Source: Octopus sinensis
Lineage: Eukaryota
NCBI RefSeq assembly: GCF_006345805.1
Contig: NC_043010.1
Coordinates: 52,638,001-52,702,000 of the forward strand
Direction: 5' to 3'
DNA length: 64,000 nt
Below, in pieces: positions 52,425 through 62,695 of this stretch; position 1 is the first letter of the stretch, and each line of letters begins with the position of its first letter. The position numbers and the translations under genes are program-made. The notes under the pieces are model-generated. The model saw nothing but the letters and a program-made list of their open reading frames with translations. It was not told where the DNA came from and searched no databases.

Positions 52425-52950
52425 ATCATTGGATATATGTTTAATTGATGTGGAGAAGCTCCTCTTTTGGGAGCTCATTGATGGATTTATGCTTAATAGA
52501 TGCGATAGGCTCTTCCCAGGTAGCTAGTATTGGTATATAAACATTAATCAATGTGGTGAAGCCCTCTCATGAATAGATGCAGTAAGGCTCCTCCCATGAC
52601 AAGGTGTCATTGGTTAAAAATCTAATTGATGTGGTGAAGCCTCCCCCATGATATCTCTTAGGATATATGTTTAACTGATCTGGTAAGGCCCCTCCTATCA
52701 TAACTTATTGGTGAACACACACATATATGTTAAATAGATGTGCTGAGGTTCCCATGACAATGTGACATTGGGTAAAGGTCTAATTGATGTGGTAAAGCTC
52801 CTCCTGTAATATGTCATAGGATATATGTTTCATAGATGTGATGAGACCCCTCACACATTAGCTAAACATTGGTTATATATTTAAATGAAGTGATAAACTC
52901 ACTCCCAAGGTAGGTTGCCATTGGCTATATTTATATGTTCAACTGATGTG
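52425..52950. repeat. Degenerate minisatellite of about 50 bp, roughly 11 units
   Basis: Recurring taattgatgtggt(g/a)aag..cctccc motif at about 52442, 52494, 52545, 52572, 52622, 52671, 52731, 52780, 52829, 52881 and 52939. Confidence 0.7.
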
Positions 52951-52990
52951 ACACAAGTGTTAAAAAGATTCCAGGAGTGTTTCTTTTTAC

Positions 52991-53081
52991 CTTCTATGAG
53001 AGTTCCTGTTACTGTTCACATGGCCTCTTCCATTACAACCTGGTGTCGGACATCGTAGAATGTGGTCCTGGAGTGCAAGAA
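52991..53081 (-). CDS. Myt1: Myt1-family exon: first half of ZF3 ([30 protein letters not shown])
   Basis: accaacag|TT ... AG|gtaaaa. 91 nt, phase 1-2. The [12 protein letters not shown] finger is characteristic of this family. Confidence 0.95.
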
Positions 53082-53175
53082 CTGTTGGTGGTTGAAATAA
53101 AATGAAAGAATTATATTTATATGTATTTAGTGAGAGATACAGAGTTATATATATATATATACATACATAATATAT

Positions 53176-53229
<54 letters not shown>

Positions 53230-54112
53230 AGCTAAGCAGCCATATTTTTTCCATACCTGCCATCTCTGAAGAGCACATGGTCTTAGTTAAACATTCTCTT
53301 ATCTAATATCCAGTGTGAAACTGATTGGTAAGATCAGCTGAAATGGATCTATAATACTGTACACACACACACCACACACACACAAAAGAACAGAGATTTA
53401 TTCATGATTTATCAGGTATATATATTCCAAACAGAAAAACATTTATCAAAACACTGCAACGGAACATTTATGCAGATTTAATCAATTTCATATTCGATTG
53501 ATTAAAATGCTACAGAGGAATTCAACACCATCCTGTTCTTATCGATGTTATATCACCACTCATTTCACTAGACAATTTAGTCAGTCAGTTCTGATACCTA
53601 CAAAATGCTTGTAAAGTGTTCACCTGGGTTCTTTTATCTTCTTTTCCTTCATTATATATATATATATATTATACGGATAGTTAGCTAGCTAGCAAGATAG
53701 ATAGATAGATAGATATATAGATAGATGGACAAACACATGTATGTGTATATTCATGTAAAGTCATATTTAACATAATCAAGTGCATTTGGATATGATAAGA
53801 CCCTCTGCTGCAGAAAGAGTCCCGAGTTATGTACACATTGGGATATAAATGACAACCCTGGATGATAGGATGCATGCATTTCTGCGTCTTTGCACTTCGT
53901 CAATTATGAACACCAAATCTGTGATTCACAGCCTGACAAGAACAGATAAAATACATTGCTAATAATAGATTACAGACTGACTAGAACACAATTCATCTGT
54001 TAATGTGTGTGTGTGTGTGTGTGAATATATATGGAACAACAAATTATTAAGGAAGTAATGCTTTGAAATCCACTGCTAAGAATCTGAATCTAATGGTGTC
54101 TAGATAACCTAC

Positions 54113-54153
54113 CTTCAGGGGATACCTTGTCCTTTCTTGGGCATCCAGACAAG
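54113..54153 (-). CDS. Myt1: Myt1-family 41-nt exon: end of ZF2 (SLSGCPRKDKVSPE)
   Basis: ttttgttacag|C TTG TCT GGA TGC ... GAA G|gtaggt. Phase 2-1. Not in the ORF track; found by looking for the missing LSGCP half-finger. Confidence 0.93.
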
Positions 54154-54341
54154 CTGTAACAAAAGAAAAAGAACATTGATGATAATAATAATAATAATAT
54201 ATATGTATGTGTGTTTGTGTGTGTATTTGTGTGCATGTGTGTGAGTGTGTGGATGTATTATTTATGTATAAAATACGTAAAAAAAAATGTGCCTTGAATT
54301 GTCAATAAATTGTGGTTCTTATAGCTTGTTTACGTACGTAC

Positions 54342-54411
54342 CTTCTATGATGAGAATAAAGTCCAGTAACATGACCAATGCCATCACAGCCTGGAGTTGG
54401 ACATTTACTAT
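54342..54411 (-). CDS. Myt1: Myt1-family exon: first half of ZF2 ([23 protein letters not shown])
   Basis: tatttacag|AT ... AG|gtacgt. 70 nt, phase 1-2. Confidence 0.95.
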
Positions 54412-54576
54412 CTGTAAATAATATAAAAGAGATACAAATATAGAATATTTCAGTCCAGGTAACATATAAACAAGAAATGATCATTCTTGTTGTTGTTATT
54501 TAACCCTAGGATAAATTGAACCAGTAGATCTATGATGAACGATATTTTACTCAACCTTTCTTTCATCTTTCATATC

Positions 54577-54945
54577 TTACATGTTTTAGTTCTTAGGCTG
54601 CGGCCATGCTGGGGCACCGCCTTGAAGAATTTATATCACAGCCAAATCTATCGACCCGAGTACATATTTTTTTAAAGCCTTGTACTTATTCTATTGGTCT
54701 CTTCTGCTGAACTGCTAAGTTACAGGGATGCAAACACACCAACACCAGTTGTTAAGTGGTGATGGAGAGACTAACACAGATACAAAGACACACACACACA
54801 CACATACAATGGGCTTCTTTCAGTTTCCACCTACCAAATCCACTCACAAGGTTTTGGTTGGCCTGAAGTCATAGTGGACGACACCTGCTCAAGATACCGC
54901 ACAGTGGGACTGAACCCAGAACCAGGTGGTTGGGAAGCAACCTAC
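54577..54945 (-). mobile_element. SINE family A copy filling most of the 633-nt intron between the giant exon and the ZF2 exon
   Basis: Reverse-complement similarity to 51023-51430. Confidence 0.8.
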
Positions 54946-55044
54946 ATGTGGCATGAGACCAACATGTGGCATAGTATGGTCCATTATAGAACAACAACAG
55001 CAAGACTATGATATCAATAAACAAACGAGGCATTCTATTCTTAC

Positions 55045-58000
55045 CTTTCATGACACCTGACCCGATGTCGTGTGTTCCACTTGTAGTGACAGAGGGCTCA
55101 TCTGGCAGTCTCTTGGTGTTGGCGATGTCGAGGTTGCTGTTGTTGTTGCTGTCAGTGACAACATTAATTAGTTCTTGGCCGCCGTCATCGCTGTATACAT
55201 CGTAGTCACTGCTCACTCTGACTCCGACTGCTGAATTAACAGGAGCTTGCACCAGGGTGCTTATCACTGAGCTGTTGCCCATCGTCGCATGGGCTGTGGT
55301 GGTGGCTACCACTCCTGCCGCCGCCGTCGTCGTCATGGTCACCGACGAAGACGGTGGGGTCGCACCGGTAACCGAGGGGGAGGAACAAGGAGAGGAACAT
55401 GACGATACTGAGGGTGGGGCAACAGGAGTAGTGTTGCTGCCAGCGGTAGCCCAATCGGTGACCACCATGTAATCGGGGTCGCCACCCATGCCTGCTTGTT
55501 GCTGCTGCTGGTGCTGCTGCTGCTGGTGGTGAAGCCCTACACCCACAACGCCATCCATGGCCATCCCTGCTGACCCCATCTGCATTTCCATCACTTCGCT
55601 GCTGCTGTTGTTGTTGCTATTGTTATTGTTGTTGGCGGTGGTATTGGAGAGGTTGTGTGTTGCGGAAGCTAGTGAAGCTGATGGTGAAGACGACATCGTC
55701 ATCATCGCAGCGGCGGCGGCTGCAGCAGCAGCAGCAGCTGCTGCAGCCGCACTGCTGCTGTTGCTGCTAGCGCTGTTACTGGTGTTATTGTTATTGCTGT
55801 TGTTGTTGTTGTTCGTGTTGGTCAGGCCTCGCCGCCGTTGCGGTGAGAGTGATGGATGCTGGTGCTGTTGTTGTTGTTGTTGATGGTGGTGGTGATGATG
55901 ATGACGATTATTATTGTTGTTGTTGTTACTGCTACCAGTGTTGCTATAGTGTTGGTGGGGATGAGGATGTGGCTGGAGGTGTGTGTGCGGGGAAAGGCTG
56001 CCTGTCGTCGAGCACATCATATCGACGGTGGTGGTCGAGACGATGCCACTGTTCGCCACAGCGGCACTGCCGCCGCCGCCACCACCACCACCACCAACAC
56101 CACCACCAACACCACCACCTCCACCACCACCTCCACCGCCACCACCACCACCACCACCACCACCACTGCTGGAGGCGGCGTTCGGGCTGAGCGTTGCTGC
56201 TGGCAACGGAGAGTGGTGGTGCTGCTGTTGCTGCTGTTGATGATGATGGTGATGATGATGGTGGTGATGATGGGACGGCGGCGGCGACCGGACGTTGACA
56301 GGGGATGGCAAACCGATGACTCCTCCGGCCACCGTCGATGGACTCGACGTTGAGGAAGACGTCGTTGTCGCTGCCGTCGTAGCCATGAGACTGTCCTCCG
56401 TGTAGATGCAGTCGCTTGGCATGGCACCAGCCGCTAGGGTGGTGGTCGTAATCCTGCTGTTGTTGTTGCTGTTGTTATTGTTGTTGATGTTGTGGTGGTG
56501 ATGGTGTTGGTGGTTGTGTTGTTGGAGTTGATGATGTTGCTGTTGTTGATGATGATGATGTTGCTGCTGCTGTTGTTGGTGGTGATGCTGCTGGTGGTGT
56601 TGGTGTTGTTGCTCTTGGTGGTGTGGGTGATGGTGAGCAGAGGCATGGAGGTGCTGTTGCTGCTGCTGATGATGATGAGGATGCGGGTGGTGGAGATGCT
56701 CCACGGGTGACACCACTGGTGGCTTCTCCTTTGTGGCAACCGGAGCATATGCCTTCCCATCATGCCCCAGTCCTAATCCCATTTGCACTCGCTGTGAGCC
56801 ACTTTCAACATTATCTCCCCCATCGCCTTCATCTTCCTCTTCTTCCTCATCTTCTTCTTCCTCTTCATCTTCCTCCATCTCCTCTTCATCCGCCCCTCTC
56901 AGAACACAACACTCATCTTCCTCCTCTTCCTCTTCGCCTTCCTCCTCTTCCTCTTCTTCTTCTTCCTCCTCCTCCTCTTCTTCTTCCACTTCTCCAGCCA
57001 TTTCCAACTCTTCCAGGTCTTCTATTTCCTCTTCTTCCTCCTCTTCTTCTTCCTCTTCGTCTTCCTCCTCCTCTTCGTCTTCTTCCTCTCCTTCAACCGA
57101 CTCTGGAATGTCCATGATTTCATCATGTTCTTCGTCGACTTCTGCTCCTGTCCCTGCCTCTGCCTCCACTTCAGCCTCTGCTTCTGCCTCGCTGTTGCAC
57201 TCACTTTCTGCTGAGCAACAGGAGGTCGCTCCAGACTGGATACTCGCACACTGCTGCTCGATCTTCAGCAGGATTTCAGCGTCATCGTCGGATGACACCA
57301 CACCCACCTGGCTCTGAGGATACTTTCCTGAACTTGAAACTGAGCCCGAGGATTCATCGCCATTCCCATTGTTTGCAGCAGTGCTACCACCTCCACCCGT
57401 GCTGCCTTGCGATGACTGGGTCTCATCCCGGTACGATGACGATAGCGTTTCAGCGTCACCGCCTCCTCCATCGCCAACATCATTGGAGACGCCGCCACCA
57501 CCGTCTTTCTTTGCAGGTATGGCCGTTGATGATGACGACGAAGAGGAGGAAGAATGAGGGAAGGCGCTGGATGAGCCAGAAGATGAAGCAGCAGGTTGGC
57601 GGCGAGAAACTTCCCGTGTGGTGACAGAACTGGTACGTGAAGTTGCTCCACCGCTTCGTGTGTTACTTGACCCTGAGCGGCCTCCTCCCACTTTTCCTCT
57701 CCGACTTCCTGCTCCTCCTCTCTTGTTTCCGCTGCTACTGCCGACACCTTCACCCGTCTCTCCTTCTTCTTCTACATCCTCCTCCTGCTGTCGCCTTCTG
57801 CCAACCGTACCTTCCTCGGAAGCAGCAACCTCTTCATCTTCCTCATCCTCTTCGTCCTCCTCTTCCATCTCGTCAGCTTCCTCCTCTCCCATTTCTTCTC
57901 CTTCCTTCTTCTTTCTTTTCTTCTTTTTTTTCTTCTTCTTCCTTCTCGGTCCCGTCCCACCCACAGCACTGCTCTCCCGGCTGCTGGCATGGTTGCTGTT

Positions 58001-59198
58001 GTCATCGTCACTCGTGGTTCCACGACGCTGGGCTGCTGACTTTCTCCTCGTCGAATAGTAGTAGCTCTCCTCTGCCGTTTCATCATACTCCCCCGACAAA
58101 CTGCGCAGCGCTCGCTCAGCCTCTTGGAAGCACTTCTGTTCGTCATCAATCTCCGCCGTGGCTGTCGATGCTCCACTAACTTGACCGCCACTGCTGCCAC
58201 CACCAACAACACCACCACCACCACTACCACTGCCACTACTGCTGCTGTTGCTGCACGATAACAGCTTCGTAGACACGGCCAGAGTAGCCGCGGTCACTGC
58301 GGAAACTGCAGTGGAAGTCACCTCTGAAGAAGCAGCAGTGGAAACGTTCACATCGAGACCAAGACCTAGGCCTAGTTGAAGTCCAAGACCAAACCCTAAC
58401 CCGAGGGGCGTTTTATCATTGCTGCAGCTGGCCTCGGTGTTTGTAGTGCTAGTAGCAGAAGTAGAAATGGAAGTGGTGGCAGGAGCCGTTGTTGCTGTCG
58501 ATGCGGCCGTTGCATTTCCTTTGGTGTCTTCGGTGCTTTCGCTCGTAGTGGGTGTTCCCTTACTGTGACTGTCTTTGAGAGAACTAGCGACGCTCGCTTT
58601 CGAAGAAGTCGAACTCGATGCCGATGTAGACGTAGACGACGCAGAAGATGTCGAAAGAGCCGAGAGAGGTTTTTCCTTTGAGCGGCCACTACCACTACTA
58701 CTTCCGCCACTGCCACCACCACCACCACCACTACCGCTGCCACCACTACCACTTGCAGTGTGTTTCCCCTTGTTCTTTTCCTTTCCTTGGGAAGCAGCCT
58801 CTCCCTCCGGTACAGCTGCTTCGGCTTTCTTCCTTTCCACCTCTCCTCTCCCTCTACCTCTTTCTTCTTCTTCTTCTTCTTCTTCTTCGGCTTCTTCTTC
58901 CTCCTCTTCCTCTTCCACTCCTTCTTCGTCTTCCTCCTCGTCCTCGTCGTCGTCCTCTTCACTCGTCCGTGATGTGCTGCTTCTCCCTGCTGCTGCCGAT
59001 GTCGTGGTAGTAGTTGTTTTTGTTGCTGTTGTTGTTGCTGTTGCTGCTGCTGCTGTTGTAGCTGTCGCTGTTGCTGATGTCTGCTGCCGTTTACGACTCC
59101 GCTTTACGGAATGATGAGCGGCTTCTTCCTCCTCTTCTTCTTCTTCTTTCTCAAGTTTTCGCTTTTTTGCTGCTGCAGCGATTGGACATGCTTGAACA
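55045..59198 (-). CDS. Myt1: Myt1-family giant exon (4154 nt): end of ZF1, KKRK motif, acidic tracts and poly-E/S/T/G/A/Q/H/N low-complexity region
   Basis: Acceptor actttttcag|T GTT CAA GCA TGT CCA and donor ATG AAA G|gtaaga. Lies in the stop-free frame of ORF 54869-59440. Phases match both neighbouring exons (2 in, 1 out). Confidence 0.9.
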
Positions 59199-59229
59199 CT
59201 GAAAAAGTGCAAAAGAAAAAGGATAATAA

Positions 59230-59303
<74 letters not shown>

Positions 59304-60712
59304 CATACATACATACACATATACAATATAATAATATAAATAGGAAATAAATAAAATAAAAAGAAAGGCAAAGTTGACATTGGTAGAATTTGAACTAAGA
59401 ACATAAAGATGGAGGGAATACCTATTTCTTTACTACCCACAAGGGGCTAAACACAGAGAGGGCAAACAAGGACAAACAAACGGATTAAGTTGATTATATC
59501 AACCCCAGTGCACAACTGGTACTTATTTAATCGACCCTGAAAGGATGAAAGGCAAACTCGACCTCGGCAGAGTTTGAACTCAGAACGTAGCGGCAGACGA
59601 AATACCTATTTCTTTACTACCCACAAGGGGCTAAACACAGAGAGGACAAACAAGGACAGACAAACGGATTAAGTCGATTATATCAACTCCAGTGCGTAAC
59701 TGGTACTTATTTGATCGACCCCTGAAAGAATGAAAGGCAAAGTCGACCTCGGTGGAATTTGAACTCAGAACGTAGCGGCAGATGAAATACTGCTAAGCAT
59801 TTCGCCCGGCGTGCTAACGTTTCTGCCAGCTCACTGCCATATGGATAAGATTTTCTCACATGTCGTTGCATACAAAATTTGCTAAACCTTCATATTCTTG
59901 CCTTTCTTTATTGCTAAGAAAGTTGCTAAGTTGTTGTTCAGCATATCCACATCTCTATCTCCTTACTCACTTTGTCCTACATTATGAATAGGGCTTTTAT
60001 TGTTTATGACAAACCCATGAGATATAGTTTATGCTTCTTCCAGCTTGTAAAGCCAAACCAATTTCATATCCCTGGCATAGAGGGTAAGATCAAATACAAC
60101 AAGGCATTTTTTTATATCTAATCCCCTAATGTCGCTACCAATCAGTGCCATCTTAAGGCACGGGCACACTGAACAGTTGCTTGGGGCGCTTGTGGATCTA
60201 GGGGTCCGATTCTGATTTATGTATGCTGTGGCTTGCTGGCAGTAAATATATACATTATAGGGACCAATGCATTTAGTTGCCCAAGGCCCTAAAATGCTAC
60301 TAAGACCCTCCTGCCAATTCTCCATTTTGTGCATAATAACTCTCTTTACTCTTTTACTTGTTTCAGTCGTTTGACTGTGGCCATGCTGGAGCACTGCCTT
60401 TATAGTCGAGCAAAAGACCCCAGAGCTTATTCTTTGTAAGGCTAGTACTTATTCTATCGGTCTCTTTTGGCGAACCACTAGGTTACGGGGGCGTAAACAC
60501 ACCAGCATCAGTTGTCAAGCGATGCTGCAGGGACAAACAGACACACAAACATATACACACACACATATACATATATTCTACATCAAGTGAAAGTCGGGAT
60601 GGACGCTTCGTTTTTGTGTTGGTGCCCCACTCTGTCATACGCGACTATGAGGATTTGCATCCCCAACGTAAAACTTATAATGTAATACATGTCCTTGAAG
60701 TAGTAATTGTAC

Positions 60713-60788
60713 GCGGCTGAAGAAGGCCATAGACACACATTATGCATTGTTATAAAACCGTCTAATAAAGGCCTGAAACATGTACCGC
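60713..60788 (+). ncRNA. Minimal type I hammerhead ribozyme (Penelope-type), apparently intact
   Basis: gcgg-CTGAAGA-aggcc...ggcct-GAAA-CATGT-A-ccgc. Stem I gcgg/ccgc, stem II aggcc/ggcct with an inner tagac/gtcta helix, palindromic stem III ACATGT, GUA cleavage triplet. Confidence 0.75.
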
Positions 60789-60818
60789 TGAATCCTTGGC
60801 ATCATGTTTTTATTTTGA

Positions 60819-60868
<50 letters not shown>

Positions 60869-61810
60869 TATATGATGGGCTCCTTCCAGTTTCCGTCTAC
60901 CAAATCCACTCACAAGGCTTTGGTCGGCCCGAGGCTATAGTAGAAGACACTTGCCCAAGGTGGGACTGAACCCAAGACAATGTGGTTGGTAAGCAAGCTA
61001 CTTACACACAACCACTCCTGCGCCTAACAATAATTATTACTCTAAATTAGCCGCAGACTTCTAAATTAGCATGCAGACTTTTCTCCAACCTCCTGTAGAG
61101 GGTTAATTGGGCCACAGGCATTACCCTTTACTTTAAATTCAGTTTTACTTTAAATTCAGTTTAAATGGAAAACTTGTAAGTTCACAAATTTTTGCAGTTC
61201 TTTTAAAATTTGAATTTTCAACTGTTAGCATATAACAAATCCTCTTCTAAACCCAATCCTATTGCTGGATGTTCAAGAACCAAATTAAGGGTAGATTTTC
61301 AATCCTGGGACCATCCTCATTCCAAAAATGTATAATATGTCTAAGGTAGATCAAATGTAGGCTGAGCTACAGGGTTCCCAGACAGATGGATAGACAAAAT
61401 TTTACGTTTACTTATTATAAAAGATAAATAGAGTGAGAGAGGCACTATTAATATCCAAAGGTAAAATATTCACCACAGAAAGTGGATGTAGTGTTAGAAC
61501 ACACAAATACTGTGATATTTACCATGGGAGAAACTCTCATATGGTTATATGATGCATGAAAGCACATCATAGCTATCGCAAGTGGTAGACAATCACTGCT
61601 ACTCCTCCTGCTTGGACTACCAGATCATGTGATTTCAGCCTGAGTTGGCCTTTTCAATGATAGACACCAAGGGGCTGGAAAAAGCAGTGACTGCTGTGCT
61701 AGTGATATACATAGTAAATTATGCTCTAACTTGTGTGCATTTGTTATATAATTGCTCCCATCACTTTATTAAGTTTTTCAGGTTTCTCTGATGATTGAAC
61801 AGTGATTTAA

Positions 61811-62200
61811 CCCTCCAGCATTTAAACCAGTCATATGTGGCCCAGATATTCTGCCCATTTTATTTTCAAACCAGCCTAATTCAGCCTTTCACACTTACCC
61901 TACAATATTGCGCCACATAAAATGCACATGTGTTGCTGCTGCATAAATGCACTCATGCTGGTGGCATGTAAAAAGCACTCGAGACACTCTGTAAAGCGGT
62001 TGGTTTTAGGAAGGCCATCCAGTTATAGAAACCATGCCACAAAAGGCAGTTGGAGTCTGGACAGCTCCTGGTTTACAGCTCCATGGAAAACTGACGTCAA
62101 GCAATGATGATGAGAAGGATGATCATCATCGAAGTCTTTAAGCTATGAAAGAATGGACAGTAAGCATTATACCTGACAGAGTAATCCGAATGCTCAAGGG
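61811..62200. mobile_element. piggyBac-like MITE (same family as 46332-47521) with an internal RTE-tail insertion
   Basis: TTAA|ccctccagcatt ... aatgctcaaggg|TTAA. Internal similarity to 47085-47521. Confidence 0.6.
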
Positions 62201-62334
62201 TTAATAAATAAATAACTAGGACAGGCATACCTGTTGCTCACTCCAGACCCTTTGGAAAACCCGAATGCGACATTATTTATTAACAGCAATTGCAACCAAC
62301 ACCAACACCAAGAAGACAACATGGTAGTACTTAC

Positions 62335-62397
62335 GTTCGATGCCGGGCATGTTTTCCTGTAATGTGACCTTGACCACTACAGCCTGGCGTCGGACAT
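62335..62397 (-). CDS. Myt1: Myt1-family exon: first half of CCHHC zinc finger 1 (CPTPGCSGQGHITGKHARHR)
   Basis: Acceptor ctttgacag|A TGT CCG and donor AC|gtaagt. 63 nt, phase 2-2. Joins the next exon in frame to give ...HRTVQACPIA. Confidence 0.93.
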
Positions 62398-62650
62398 CTG
62401 TCAAAGATATATTGAAAATGAGAATATACATATATATATATATTATATATACGAGATGTACTTGCATAGCAAGTGACTTGATCTGAGATCGTGTGCTGAA
62501 ACAAAAACAATTGCAGCATGGAAGGTGTTTCTAAGCCATTTAAAAACACACACACAAAAAAAAACTGTTAGAGATTCACTTCAACATTTAAATTTAATTT
62601 GTGTCAAAAATTTTCATCGCTTTGAAACAGCGACCTGTTCGCTGACAAAA

Positions 62651-62695
62651 CTCTGATGAAGGGATATAATAAATATCCTGGAAACAGCTTAGGAC
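62651..62695 (+). ncRNA. Decayed hammerhead-like motif
   Basis: CTGATGA-a-gggatat(aataa)atatcct-g-GAAA-CAGCT. Stem II is good; stems I and III are broken. Confidence 0.38.

Noticed and set aside
55008-59310. Long overlapping ORFs in other frames and on the plus strand of the giant exon (and at 28870-29780)
   Set aside because: Expected shadows of stop-poor trinucleotide repeats. Only one frame joins the zinc-finger exons.
61045-61424. Second Helitron-like element on the minus strand
   Set aside because: The A|TC start looks right, but I could not identify the CTAG end or the hairpin.
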